A program made the translations under genes and the position numbers. DNA of 64,000 nucleotides from Pirellulales bacterium (GTDB lineage Bacteria > Planctomycetota > Planctomycetia > Pirellulales > PALSA-1355): the NCBI GenBank assembly GCA_963733035.1, contig CAVTBU010000006.1, positions 800,001 to 864,000 of the forward strand, written 5' to 3'. The notes below the pieces were generated by a model, which saw nothing but the letters and a program-made list of their open reading frames with translations, did no database searches and had not been told where the DNA came from. Every line of letters begins with the position of its first letter. Position 1 is the stretch's first letter. Shown piece by piece: positions 11,268 through 21,602 of this stretch.

Positions 11268-11374
11268 CGGTGCGGAACTCCTTTTCCTCATCCAAGCCCG
11301 CGCGCCGAAAGCCGGCACGCGTGGCGGATTATAGCGAACGCGCACTGCTAGCACCTAGAGCGAAACAACACGTG

Positions 11375-12190
11375 TCAAACCGTGCAGATATCGCGCCGGC
11401 TAAAGATCACACCGGCCGCGATCCACAGCACCAGCCCCACCGTCAACAGCACGGCCATGTCGTTCCACGGCACATTGCCGTCGCGCAAGACAATCAGCGG
11501 CCGGTAATAGTCAAGCAGGCTCAAGAACGCCAGACGCTCGGCCACGTCCCAAAACGGCCCCAGAAAGTTGAGCAGAAACGAAGCCAATAGCAGCCCAAAC
11601 ACCAGCGCCAGCGCCGGTCCGCGTCGATCGAAAGCCGCCGACGCGCACCACGACAAACCGCCTACGGCCAGGTACAGGCAAAAACAATTCGCGAGCACAA
11701 TCAGCGTTCGCCCCACGTCGGGGCGCGACGCTGGCGCCACGTAGCTGCGGCCAATCAGATAGCCCGACAGCCCCATGCCCAGCAGGATCAGGCCGGCGGC
11801 AATCCACACGAGGGTTTCACTTCGCAGCACCATCCAGCGCGTGACCGGGAGCGTCAACGTCAGATCGATGGTGCCGCGGTCGATTTCGCCGACCGGGATG
11901 CGCGTGCAGCAGATCATCGCGTGCGCCCAGATCAGGGCCAGGACGACTGGATGCACCCAGGGAAAGGCCATGAATGCCTGTGGTCCGGCGGCTTCGGAAG
12001 CGTCCACGCCGAGCATGGCTCCCACGAGCGATTGCACGAACTGAATTTGCAACATGCCGGTCGCGAACTGCGATTGAAACGTGGGTAAGACGTAGGCCAA
12101 CACGACCTCCACGCCCAGCAGCAACCCGCCGCACATCAGCGTCACGGGCCACGCTTCCAGCGCCGCCTTGAGCATCAAGCCACGATTCAT
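11375..12190 (-). CDS. ABC-2 type transporter permease
   Basis: Six hydrophobic segments, GEIDRGTIDLTLTLPVTR and C-terminal FSRRDI; coupled to the ATPase. Confidence 0.85.
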   Translation of the reverse strand: MNRGLMLKAALEAWPVTLMCGGLLLGVEVVLAYVLPTFQSQFATGMLQIQFVQSLVGAMLGVDASEAAGPQAFMAFPWVHPVVLALIWAHAMICCTRIPVGEIDRGTIDLTLTLPVTRWMVLRSETLVWIAAGLILLGMGLSGYLIGRSYVAPASRPDVGRTLIVLANCFCLYLAVGGLSWCASAAFDRRGPALALVFGLLLASFLLNFLGPFWDVAERLAFLSLLDYYRPLIVLRDGNVPWNDMAVLLTVGLVLWIAAGVIFSRRDICTV

Positions 12191-13080
12191 GAGGCGGCAT
12201 CCTCGGGCTCGTAGAAATGACGAAACAGCGACTCCAGGTCCGGCCGGCCGACCTTCAAGTCTTCGATCGGCCGGTTGGCCAGCCAGGCCACGAATGGTTC
12301 CAGCGGCCCCTCGAGGCGTGCTTCCCAAACCAGCGGCTCACGCTCGGTAATCGTGAGAAACGGCGGCGGATCCACCGCGCCGGCGGTCGCTTCGCGCGAA
12401 CGAATCGTGACGATGTGTCCGGCGCGGGCCTGAAGTTCCGCGAGCGATTCGTTGGCCACGATCCGACCGGCGCGAATCATCGCCACGCGGTCGCAGAGCT
12501 GTTCGACTTCACCCAGTGTGTGGCTGGAGAAGAACACCGTATGCCCGGTCGTGGCCATCTCGCGGAGCAGTTCCAGAAACACGCTTTGCATCAGCGGGTC
12601 GAGCGTGACGGTCGGCTCGTCGAGAATCAGCAGCCGTGGCCGATGCGCCAGGGCCAGGATCAGTCCTAGTTTCTGCCGCATCCCGCGCGACATGTTGCGG
12701 ACCTTGGTCGTCAAGTCGAGCGAGAACCGCTCCGCCAATTGCCGGCCGTAGGGCAACAAATCGCGGCCCCGGATGCGGCCCCAGATGCGCAGCGCCGAGT
12801 TTCCGTCGAGCCAACTGTGCAACCGCAGGTCGCCTGGCACGTAGCCGACTTCCCCTTTGATCGCGTCGCTCTGTCGCCAACAATCGAGCCCAAAGATGCG
12901 GGCTTGTCCTGCCGATGGGCGCAGCAGCCCTAGCATGACGCGGATCGTCGTCGTCTTTCCGGCGCCGTTCGGACCCAGGAAGCCAAACAGCGTACCTTCG
13001 CGCACCGTCAGGTCGACCGATTCAATGCCGCGGCGCGAGCCATAGCGACGCGTCAGCGAACTGGTTTCGATGATCGACAT
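12187..13080 (-). CDS. ABC transporter ATP-binding protein
   Basis: GPNGAGKTT, MSRGMRQK, LDEPT and SSH. TATAAT sits 8 nt before the ATG, suggesting a leaderless mRNA. Confidence 0.93.
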   Translation of the reverse strand: MSIIETSSLTRRYGSRRGIESVDLTVREGTLFGFLGPNGAGKTTTIRVMLGLLRPSAGQARIFGLDCWRQSDAIKGEVGYVPGDLRLHSWLDGNSALRIWGRIRGRDLLPYGRQLAERFSLDLTTKVRNMSRGMRQKLGLILALAHRPRLLILDEPTVTLDPLMQSVFLELLREMATTGHTVFFSSHTLGEVEQLCDRVAMIRAGRIVANESLAELQARAGHIVTIRSREATAGAVDPPPFLTITEREPLVWEARLEGPLEPFVAWLANRPIEDLKVGRPDLESLFRHFYEPEDAAS

Positions 13081-13141
13081 GGGCGCCGATTATAGCGAAT
13101 CGCCGCCGTCGAAGTTGGAACGCACCAGCGGGCCGCGCCAT

Positions 13142-13612
13142 TCAAATATGGCAGCTCGACTGGCCACGCTTTTCCAGGTACTGCTGATGGTACTCTTCGG
13201 CCCGATAGAATTCGGCAGCCGGCACGATTTGCGTGACGATCGGCCGCCGCAGCTTGCCGCTATCGGCCAGCGCTTGCTTCGAGGCCTCGGCCGCGGCTTG
13301 TTGCTCGGGCGTGTGGTAGAAGATGGCCGAGCGGTATTGCGAGCCGTAGTCGGGGCCCTGACGATTGAGTTGCGTGGGGTCGTGGTTCGCCCAGAAGACT
13401 TCCAGCAGATTCTCGTAGCTCACCTGGGCCGGGTCGTACTCGACTTCGACGGCCTCGGCATGTCCTGTCCGATCGGTGCAGACTTGTTCGTAGGTCGGGC
13501 TCGTCATCTGTCCGCCGGTATAGCCGACCGCGGTTTGCTTAACGCCCGGAACCTGCCGGAACGCCGCCTCGACACCCCAGAAACAACCTGCCGCGAACGT
13601 GGCCTTCGTCAT
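13142..13612 (-). CDS. msrA: Peptide-methionine (S)-S-oxide reductase
   Basis: [25 protein letters not shown] and AEEYHQQY. Confidence 0.97.
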   Translation of the reverse strand: MTKATFAAGCFWGVEAAFRQVPGVKQTAVGYTGGQMTSPTYEQVCTDRTGHAEAVEVEYDPAQVSYENLLEVFWANHDPTQLNRQGPDYGSQYRSAIFYHTPEQQAAAEASKQALADSGKLRRPIVTQIVPAAEFYRAEEYHQQYLEKRGQSSCHI

Positions 13613-13624
13613 CGCCTGACTCCT

Positions 13625-14356
13625 TTACTTGTGTTTGGCTTTTCCCTTCGCCGCCCGCGTGGGATTGCCCTTGATCTCGTTGAGCCTGGCCGCGATGCGA
13701 ACCAACTCTTGTAATTCCTTCTTGCCGGCGTCCTTCAAGCTGCTGAGCTTGATGTGCCGCATCTTTTCGCCGGTGCCTTGCAGTAGTTTACGGGGATCGG
13801 GCAGCTCCACGCCGCGCCAAAAACCCAATTTTACATGTTTTGTATGCGCCTTGATCCAAGCGAACGGCCCGTGATGTTCGTACACCGGCTGCGACCCCTG
13901 CACCTTTTCGGACGCCGCCGGCGCCGCCTTCCGGATCATTGTACGCAGGGTGGCAACGGCGTCCTGGCGCCAGCCGTTGAGCGTGGACAAATAGCCTTCC
14001 ACCGACTTTTCGGCCGGCGGCATCTTTACCGTGGCGAGCCTGGCGGTCTTTTTCGGCTTCGACCTCACGGCCGGCTTGGTCTTGGCGTTTTTCATGGAAG
14101 ACCCTTTCCGTTTGGTAGCGGCTTTCTTGGCGGGTTTGTGTTTGGCGGGCTTCGTTTTCGCGGGCGGGGTAGTGGCGGACTTTTTCTCTGTTTTCTTGGG
14201 AGCGGACTTCTTGGCGGTGGATTTCTTGACGGTTTTTTTCGGAGTTTTCTTCGCCGGCGTTTTTTCGTCCTTGTTTGTCGGCTTCGATTTCTCGGCGGCC
14301 TTCTTGTTGGTTGACTTGCCGACCGCTGGTTTCGCGGTGGTTTTCTTTTTGGCCAT
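13625..14356 (-). CDS. Lys/Ala-rich histone-H1-like tail fused to a DUF1801/YdhG-like domain
   Basis: ~115-aa K/A/P/T-rich N-terminus, then VEGYL..LRTMIRKAAP..HVKLGFWRGVELPDP..LQGTGEKMRHIK. Confidence 0.75.
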   Translation of the reverse strand: MAKKKTTAKPAVGKSTNKKAAEKSKPTNKDEKTPAKKTPKKTVKKSTAKKSAPKKTEKKSATTPPAKTKPAKHKPAKKAATKRKGSSMKNAKTKPAVRSKPKKTARLATVKMPPAEKSVEGYLSTLNGWRQDAVATLRTMIRKAAPAASEKVQGSQPVYEHHGPFAWIKAHTKHVKLGFWRGVELPDPRKLLQGTGEKMRHIKLSSLKDAGKKELQELVRIAARLNEIKGNPTRAAKGKAKHK

Positions 14357-14486
14357 CGTCGTCACCGCCTGATTCGTGCCTGGTTTGACCTATCACCGGT
14401 CTCTATAACGTAGCACTCCGGACTCAATCGGGACGTGCCGGTTTTGACGATTGTGCGCCACGGGAGGTCGCCCCCTCGCGCAAACA

Positions 14487-14518
14487 AAAACCCAGGGAAC
14501 TAAATTCCCTGGGCTTTT
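14487..14518. terminator. Intrinsic terminator, probably bidirectional
   Basis: AAAA-CCCAGGGAA-loop-TTCCCTGGG-CTTTT downstream of the MscS gene. Confidence 0.75.
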
Positions 14519-14575
14519 GTGACTTCGAATTGGCACCGTGCCGCATCCATCACGGCACGGTTTCCCGCAGCATGG

Positions 14576-15466
14576 TTAACGCACGGCTTCGTTCAGCATC
14601 TTGGTGTTCGGCACGCTGCGACGATTCAACAGACCGTCCTCGTCGGTTTCGATGATCGTGGCCACGGGCCCAACTTCGCGGACCGTCCCTTCCATGTGAC
14701 CGATCGTCACGTGGTCGCCGGAGTGCACCCGCTGCCGTACGTAGTAGCCGGCCAGGATGCCCGCCATCACATCGCGACCCCCCAGCCCGAAGGCCAGGCC
14801 AAAGCCCACGGCCACCGAGCCGGCGGCGATCAGGATCAACTGGTTGAGCAGTTCGAACTGCACGCCCACCTGGTTGAAGGCCGCGATGAACGTGAGCAGG
14901 GCGAACGCGTAGTAACAGCCGTTGGCCAAGTGTTCGGCATACGACAGCCCGACGCGATCGGCGCTGGTGGCGACCACGCCCCGCAGGAACGTGGCAACCA
15001 AGAGACCGACGACCACGACGACCGTGGCCAACAGCAGCTTGGGAATGTAGGCCACGATGCTTTCCATCGGCTTGGTCAGCGTTTCGGCTCCGAGGATGTT
15101 GAAGCCGGCCATCAGGAAGATCAGCATCAGCAGCCAGAAGACGATCGTGCCGACGATGGCCGACACGTTTCGCTGGATACCAACCCGCTGCATCGACTCG
15201 GCCAGGCCGCTTTGTTCGGCGGCGGTTTGCAGGCCCAGCTTCTCGGCCAGCGTGGTGGCCATTTTTCCCAGCAGGCGGGCAACCACATAGCCGATCACGA
15301 TCACCACGACCATGGCCACCACTTGCGGCGCCCATTCGATGGTGTTGTGCCAGGCGTTGGCGAAGCTATCGCGCACCGCCTCGGTCGAGCTGGTAAACGT
15401 CTTAGTCACGGTTTCAGTCGTTTTTTCGGCGACGGTCGTGCCGTCGGCAAAAGCAAGCAATCTCAT
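14576..15466 (-). CDS. Small-conductance mechanosensitive channel family protein (CmpX/TM-helix repeat)
   Basis: Two TM-helix repeats, GLAFGLGGRD and an MscS beta domain (GDHV..EGTVREVG..SVPN). Confidence 0.8.
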   Translation of the reverse strand: MRLLAFADGTTVAEKTTETVTKTFTSSTEAVRDSFANAWHNTIEWAPQVVAMVVVIVIGYVVARLLGKMATTLAEKLGLQTAAEQSGLAESMQRVGIQRNVSAIVGTIVFWLLMLIFLMAGFNILGAETLTKPMESIVAYIPKLLLATVVVVVGLLVATFLRGVVATSADRVGLSYAEHLANGCYYAFALLTFIAAFNQVGVQFELLNQLILIAAGSVAVGFGLAFGLGGRDVMAGILAGYYVRQRVHSGDHVTIGHMEGTVREVGPVATIIETDEDGLLNRRSVPNTKMLNEAVR

Positions 15467-15494
15467 GTTTCGGTCCTTTCACGTAAAGTGTTTG

Positions 15495-15517
15495 AAAAAG
15501 GGGACAGTCCCCTTTTT
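15495..15517. repeat. Palindrome AAAAAGGGGAC-A-GTCCCCTTTTT matching the Y1-element end motif
   Basis: Perfect 11-bp arms; shares AAAAGGGGACA with the ends at 44058-44150 and 44852-44902. Confidence 0.75.
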
Positions 15518-15532
15518 GGTTCCGGCGATCAA

Positions 15533-15766
15533 CTAACGTTTGCGCTTGGTTTTCATTTCGTAGCGTCCCGTCACGGTGTACAGCACCAGGCCGACGAAGG
15601 CCCGGGCGAACTGGCCCAGCGCCCAGGGCACGGCGCCAAACACCAGGTCGATCATCTGCCCGATCACCAGCGAGCGGTTCACTCGCTCGTGTAGCTGCTG
15701 GTCGAACCGCTCCGGCGGAGGCGGCACGTCCAGCTCGGCAAGTTTGTCAAACAGGTCGGTTGCCAT
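15533..15766 (-). CDS. Small membrane protein, putative anti-sigma factor
   Basis: Directly downstream of the ECF sigma; hydrophobic C-terminal half. Confidence 0.6.
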   Translation of the reverse strand: MATDLFDKLAELDVPPPPERFDQQLHERVNRSLVIGQMIDLVFGAVPWALGQFARAFVGLVLYTVTGRYEMKTKRKR

Positions 15767-15790
15767 CGTTGTGGTCCGTCTTAGACAGCC

Positions 15791-16342
15791 TTAGGGAGAT
15801 TGTTCGGGAAATCGCTGCTGTAGTTTTTCGCGAGCTCGCGAGAGCCGCATCTTGCAGGCGCTGACCGACATGTCGAAGATCTCGGCCAGCTCGTTGTAGT
15901 CGTAGTTCTCCGCGTACTTGAGGATCAGCATCGCGCGATCCTCCTCGTCCAGAACTTCAAGCATCTGCATCAGGTCGAGCGCCAGGGCCGGGCGGCCGGG
16001 CTGCTGCCGCGGCTCTTGTTGTTCCCACTGCTGGTCGCTCGCGGTGTCTTCGTGTTTGCGTCGTCGTCCGCGGCCGCGGCGCAGCGTCAGGCAGGTGCGC
16101 ACCGCGATCGCATGAACCCAAGTGGCGTATTTCGAGCGGCCTTCAAACTTCGTACGGTGGGTAAACAACCGTACGAACACTTCCTGCGCCGCGTCGTTGG
16201 CGTCTTGTTCGTTGCCCAGCAGGCGGAAACAAATCCGCCACACCCGCTGCCGAAAGCGTTCCACCAGCGCGACAAATGCCACGCCGTCAGAACCCTCGCG
16301 GGCAGCTTCGGCCGCCAGTTGCTCGTCGGTGCGTTCGATCAC
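15791..16342 (-). CDS. ECF-type RNA polymerase sigma factor
   Basis: TDEQL..AFVALVERF, DAAQEVF, ATWVHAIA and region 4 ELAEIFDMSVSACKMRLSRAR. Confidence 0.92.
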   Translation of the reverse strand: MIERTDEQLAAEAAREGSDGVAFVALVERFRQRVWRICFRLLGNEQDANDAAQEVFVRLFTHRTKFEGRSKYATWVHAIAVRTCLTLRRGRGRRRKHEDTASDQQWEQQEPRQQPGRPALALDLMQMLEVLDEEDRAMLILKYAENYDYNELAEIFDMSVSACKMRLSRAREKLQQRFPEQSP

Positions 16343-16713
16343 TTCCAAACTTCGAAACCCCCGCAACAAGCATGGCATGCCTGCCGGCCACCTCCGTGTT
16401 TGCCTCCGAAACATTCGTTGCCGGAAAGCGCAGGGCCGTCACGGAATTTTGGGGAGCTGGGAAAAATCGGTCGCCGTCGCAAGATACCGAATATTCGGGC
16501 GATACCGCCGAAACCGAGGAAAACGGAGCAGATTTGGGCCCCGCCGGTCAAGAGCAGCTTTTTTCCCTGAATCGGCCTGAAACGTCCGTTTGTAGGCCAC
16601 CGTCCGCCAATGCCTGTCCCGCTCTACGTTCTTCGTTTGGTGTCGCTCGTTGGCCAGCCGTGCGAACATTTCGAGCAAAACCCACGCGACCGCACTGCGT
16701 ATACTCGAAATAG

Positions 16714-17424
16714 ATGGCAACGTTTTCCGCCAAGCCCCGCTACGTCCGTTTCAGCCTCCGCGCGATACTTCTCGCTATGCTCCTGGCGGGCATCGTCTTT
16801 GGCTGGATCCAACGCAGTCGACAACAGCGCGAGTCAATCCGTCAAATACGCGCCTCGAACCCAACCGCGGCATTGCTCTATAATTTTGAAGTCGATGCAT
16901 CCGGCGCCCTCAAGCAGCAAGGCACGCCGCCGGGGCCCGACTGGCTCCGGGAGCGCTTGGGCGTCGATTACCTGTCCAGCATCGTCGGTGTCGACATGTT
17001 CTATCCGACGGATGCCGACGTGGCGATCCTCGGTCGATTCCCGCGGCTGAGACGCCTGCATCTCGAACGCAGCATCGATCTCACAGACAAGGGACTGGAG
17101 CACCTGGTGAAACTCACCTCGCTCAAGCTGCTTGTGCTCGGAGAAGCGGACCAGGTGACCGACGCGGGCTTACAGCAACTGGCGGCTCTCAAGAATCTGG
17201 TCGAGCTGCGCCTCGATCGCTCGCGACGCATGACGTCGGAGGGCATTGAGCGACTGCGTCAACGCCTACCGAACTGCCGCATTGAGATCCGCGACAACCC
17301 GGACAACGAAGTTTTCGCGTCCGCCGCCGAGGATCCCTGGCGATCACTCGCAGCACACGACGTGCAACTCACCACTTCAGCCCGAACTTCTCGCCGGTGG
17401 CCGGGCCGCCGATGCCGCCTTTGA
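16714..17424 (+). CDS. Leucine-rich-repeat membrane-anchored protein (planctomycete RFSLR type)
   Basis: [11 protein letters not shown] anchor; LTDKGLEHL / VTDAGLQQL / LRQRLPNC repeats. Confidence 0.8.
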   Translation: MATFSAKPRYVRFSLRAILLAMLLAGIVFGWIQRSRQQRESIRQIRASNPTAALLYNFEVDASGALKQQGTPPGPDWLRERLGVDYLSSIVGVDMFYPTDADVAILGRFPRLRRLHLERSIDLTDKGLEHLVKLTSLKLLVLGEADQVTDAGLQQLAALKNLVELRLDRSRRMTSEGIERLRQRLPNCRIEIRDNPDNEVFASAAEDPWRSLAAHDVQLTTSARTSRRWPGRRCRL

Positions 17425-19089
17425 GCGGAACCTTGCGCTTCTTCGGCGGAGCAGGGGGTGTTTCGGGTTCGGCAGTTTCCTCGGGCTCATCTTTGGCGGC
17501 CGGTGCGGCCTTGGCTTCGAGCGCCTTGAGCGACAGGCCGATCCGCTGTTGCTCGGGATCGACGGTGAGGATCATCACCTCGACCTCTTGTCCTTCGCTG
17601 AGGACGTCCGTCACGCGGAATACTCGTTTGTGCGAGAGCTCCGAGATGTGTACCAGTCCTTCCACGCCGGGAGCCAATCGCACGAAGGCGCCGAACTCGG
17701 TAATCCGCGTGACGCGCCCCTTGGCGGTCGAGCGGGTCGGAAAGTCGCGCTGCACGTTCTCCCAGGGGTTTTCCGACAAGTCGCGGAAGCCCAGGCCAAT
17801 CTTGCCGGTGTTGGGGTCGATCTTGAGAATCTTGACCTTCACCTTCTGCCCGACCTGCAGCACTTCGTCGGCGTGCTTGATGCGGTCCCAGCTCAGTTGG
17901 CTGATGTGAATCAAGCCGTCGATGCCCCCCAGGTCGACAAACGCGCCGAAGTTCTGCAGGCTGCGAACCGTGCCTTCGTGCGACTGGCCCACTTCGAGCG
18001 AGGCCATCATCGACTCTTTTGCGTCGGCCTTCTCGCGTTCGAGCACTGCCCGGCGGCTGAGCACCAGGTTGCGTTTTTCGGGATTGGCCTCGGTGACGAC
18101 GCAATTGAACTTCTCGTCGACAAACTGTGCGAGGTCTTCCACGCGATACAGTGAAACCTGGCTGGCGGGGATGAAGCCGCGGAGCTTGTTCACTTCGCAT
18201 TCCAGCCCGCCCTTGTTGTGGCCGGTCACGCGGGCTTCGACAACCATCCCTTCGGCCACGTCCGACCAATCGCCCACGTCGACCGCACCGCCCGGCAGCG
18301 TCAATTCGTAAAGTCCCTCGGCCGGGTCAAACCGGCTGATCGCGACGTCGATGACCGCGCCGATCTCGGGTGGTTCGGCAAAGTTCTTCAGCTGCACGAC
18401 GCCTTGCTGACGCCCGCCAATGTCGACGAATACGTCCTCGCGGTGGATGGCGATCACCTTGCCCTGGTGTCGCGACTCGGGTTCGAGTTCGACCGCGGGT
18501 GGTTTGTTCTCGCTGGCGATGATGTCGTCGACCGATTGGCCCCCCAGGGCGGCCATGTATTCCAATTCCAGATCTTCGGACAGGTCGGCGCGAAGATTCG
18601 GCAGCTCGACTCTGCGCGTGGGGGTTGGTTCGAGCATCGGAACCGAACCGCGCGACTTTTGCCGCGCCCCTGGCGCGGTTTGTCTTGCTCGGATTGCGGC
18701 GGCGCGGCGGGAGCCGCAGGGTCGGCAGCCGACTGCGCTAACTCCGCCGCCGGAGCAGCGGTAGCTTCAGCGGCCAACGGTTCGGCCGCCGGTTGATCGC
18801 TCGGTTCGTTGACCGCCATTGGCGATTCTGTTGGCAAATCGGTTTGCGCTTCCGGCTGACGGGCTTCGACAGTGACCGGCTTGGGTGGGCCGGTCACGAC
18901 TGGTTTGGGCACCGCCAGCGGGGCCTTTACCCCATAACGCTGCGTGCCAATGCGGATCGAAGGTCCCTTGCGGCGCTGTTCTGCTTGCGACGCCGACTCC
19001 TGCGATACTTCCGCCGGAGGATTCTCGGGAGAGGTCGATTCGGCCGAAGGGGCCGGGGCGGGGTCGCCGCTTTCGGTTGGGCTACTCAT
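17369..19089 (-). CDS. S1 RNA-binding-domain protein (RpsA paralogue, four S1 domains) with a frameshift at ~18646
   Basis: S1 motifs ([41 protein letters not shown]). The N-terminal ORF 18454..19089 joins 17369..18637 if one C is added (..KSRAVPVPMLEP..). Confidence 0.85.
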
Positions 19090-19262
19090 TGCAACTCGAA
19101 GACTCTACAAAACAACGCCGGGAACCAGATGGATCGGGCTATTTTAGCAGTCGCCCCCGCACGCGTACAATGGACTGCCGGACTCCAAATGCCACCCGAT
19201 CCCTGGACGCTTGCTTTCCACTTCCGAGGCTGGTTCCAGTCGAGAATGAGACATCGACCCCT

Positions 19263-19823
19263 ATGAATTTCGAGACGACATCCTTTGGGCCGGCCATCGC
19301 GTCGCTGTTGGAAGCGGCTCCTTGTAATGAACTAGGCCCTGGCAAGCCAGACCAGACACGCCGGGGCGCACTCACCTCGCTGACGGCCGAATCACTCGTC
19401 GCTCCGCACAAATTGGCCGACCGCGACATGGCGCTGGCGGCCCTGGCGGGCCTTTGGTTGCGATTCGATTTTCTGGATGAGTCGCACCGCATCAGCCAAG
19501 ACCTGGAAAACAGTACCGGGAGCTATTGGCACGGGATCATGCATCGCCGGGAACCCGACTTTGGAAATTCGAAGTATTGGTTCCGCCGCGTGGGCACGCA
19601 TCCGGTGTTTGAGCCGTTGGTGGCCGACGCGCGGCAATTGGTAACCGGCGCCTCCAGCAAGGCCGGGTTCCTCGTCGAGCAGGCCGACTGGGATCCATTT
19701 GCGTTCGTTGATTTGTGTGAGGCGGCCCGCGGCTCGTCGGAGCTCGCGGCATTGTGTATGAAGATTCAGCAGCGGGAATGGGAGTTGTTGTTCGATTACT
19801 GTTACCGTCGCGCGGCGGCGTGA
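19263..19823 (+). CDS. Conserved hypothetical protein
   Basis: AGLWL..LDESHRISQ..SYWHGIMHRREPDFGNSKYWFRR family motif. Confidence 0.8.
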   Translation: MNFETTSFGPAIASLLEAAPCNELGPGKPDQTRRGALTSLTAESLVAPHKLADRDMALAALAGLWLRFDFLDESHRISQDLENSTGSYWHGIMHRREPDFGNSKYWFRRVGTHPVFEPLVADARQLVTGASSKAGFLVEQADWDPFAFVDLCEAARGSSELAALCMKIQQREWELLFDYCYRRAAA

Positions 19824-19932
19824 GCAGAACTCATCGCGTCGCGTGTTGCCGTGTGCCGGTTCTCAATTGACGACTTGGCCACGACACGCTACGACATCGG
19901 TAGGCGAAATAAAGCACGGGCCGAATGCCGAC

Positions 19933-20538
19933 ATGACATTTCAGTTTCTCTGCCCACAGGGGCATCTGTTGCAGGGCGAAGAAGCGCACATGGGCATGCA
20001 GTGCCAATGCCCGCAGTGCGGAACGGCGTTTATCATTCCCACGATCGAGCGACCTGCTGAGCCGTCGGTCGGACAACAGGCGGCCCCGGACTTGGACCTG
20101 GCGCCGCTCGAAGAGCCCGACCCGATGGGCAGTGTCGGCGCGCCGGCAACGAAGTCGGGGCACAAGTTTCCGCCCGCCCGTTCGCCGCAGGAACACTTCG
20201 CCGGAGACAGCGGTGCGGAAAGTTTTTCATCTCCCGATCCGGAATTCGACGAGGGAATCGAAGAGTTCTCCGACGAGGTTGCCGAAACGCTGCTGCACAT
20301 TCCCTGTCCGAACGGTCACGTGCTGGACGTGCCGCTCGACATGATTGGGGCCAGGGCCATGTGCCCGCATTGCCGCGCCGAGTTTCGCCTGAGGCGCGAA
20401 AAGAGCGAGGAGTACGTCCGCGAACAGGAGATCCTCGACGCCAAGCGGGCCCAGTTTTGGTTTAAGCTGGCGATCATTGCCGCCGGGGTTGTGGTGGTCG
20501 TGTTGTTGGTGATGATTCTCGCCACGGCCCTGACCTAA
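19933..20538 (+). CDS. Double zinc-ribbon membrane protein
   Basis: CPQGH..CPQC and CPNGH..CPHC, plus a C-terminal TM helix. Confidence 0.75.
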   Translation: MTFQFLCPQGHLLQGEEAHMGMQCQCPQCGTAFIIPTIERPAEPSVGQQAAPDLDLAPLEEPDPMGSVGAPATKSGHKFPPARSPQEHFAGDSGAESFSSPDPEFDEGIEEFSDEVAETLLHIPCPNGHVLDVPLDMIGARAMCPHCRAEFRLRREKSEEYVREQEILDAKRAQFWFKLAIIAAGVVVVVLLVMILATALT

Positions 20539-20574
20539 CAGCGCGCAGCCGGACGGCCGAATTCAGGCGTTCCA

Positions 20575-21510
20575 TTGCACTCTCACCAGCGGGAATCAGC
20601 CATTAGCGAGTCTTTGCCAGATCGGGTCGTTTCCGCTCCGGCGGCAGCCAGAGCTGTCAGCGGCCGACTGTGGGTTCTGGTGGCCGCGGTCATGTGGAGT
20701 TCGAGCGGCCTGTTTGCCAAGGCCACCACGTTTGAGGTCTGGCCGATCGACTCGCGCGGCGTGCTGTTGGCCTTTTGGCGGGCGGCGTTTGCCGGCGTGC
20801 TCTTGCTTCCCGGCGTGCGGCAACCACGCTGGGACTGGCGGCTCATCCCGCTGTGCATCGCCTTCCTGGTAATGAACATCACGTATCTCTCGGCCATGAC
20901 GATCACCACCGCGGCCAATTCCATCTGGCTGCAAAGCACGGCGCCCTGGTGGGTGCTGCTGGTGGGCGTCGTGGCGCTTGGCGATCCGTTCCCGCGCAGC
21001 GAGCGCGTGCCGCTTGTCGTTGGCGGCTTGGGACTGGCGATCATCCTGTGGTTCGAAGCGCAGGGGCAAGCCCGCGCTGGCGTCTTGCTGGGGCTGGTTT
21101 CCGGGTTTTCCTATGCGGGCGTGGTGCTTTCACTGCGTGCGCTGCGCGGACTCGACACGGTGTGGATTGTGGCCGTGGCACACCTGGTCACGGCCGCCTG
21201 CATTTTCCCCTACGTCGCCTACCTCGGCATCTGGCCCACCGCGACACAGCTTCCCGTGCTTGCCGGCTTCGGGATGTTGCAAATGGCACTGCCATACGTG
21301 TTCTTCGCCCGCGGCCTGCGCAGCGTCACGTCGCAAGAAGCGACAGTCATCGGGCTGCTCGAACCGATCCTGCTGCCGGTGTGGGTCTACCTGGCCTGGG
21401 GCGAAGTACCCGCCCCGTGGACGATCGTGGGGGGCGGGCTGATTCTGACGGGGCTCTTTTTGCGTTATGGCGTTCCGTTGTTGCGCAGGCCGCCACCGGC
21501 ATCGCGGTGA
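20575..21510 (+). CDS. DMT/EamA family transporter
   Basis: ~10 TM helices; AAVMWSSSG, LQSTAPWW and GLLEPIL. Confidence 0.88.
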   Translation: MHSHQRESAISESLPDRVVSAPAAARAVSGRLWVLVAAVMWSSSGLFAKATTFEVWPIDSRGVLLAFWRAAFAGVLLLPGVRQPRWDWRLIPLCIAFLVMNITYLSAMTITTAANSIWLQSTAPWWVLLVGVVALGDPFPRSERVPLVVGGLGLAIILWFEAQGQARAGVLLGLVSGFSYAGVVLSLRALRGLDTVWIVAVAHLVTAACIFPYVAYLGIWPTATQLPVLAGFGMLQMALPYVFFARGLRSVTSQEATVIGLLEPILLPVWVYLAWGEVPAPWTIVGGGLILTGLFLRYGVPLLRRPPPASR

Positions 21511-21602
21511 TACGTCGCTGTTTCTTGCACGGCGGTTTCATCGCAAGTAGTTTGGTGCCGAGTCGTCTTCGATGCTCCGCCACTTCAGTCTCTGGTGTTA
21601 CC

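Noticed and set aside
17369..19089. Canonical rpsA
   Set aside because: Only four S1 domains and a long low-complexity N-terminus, so it is treated as a paralogue.
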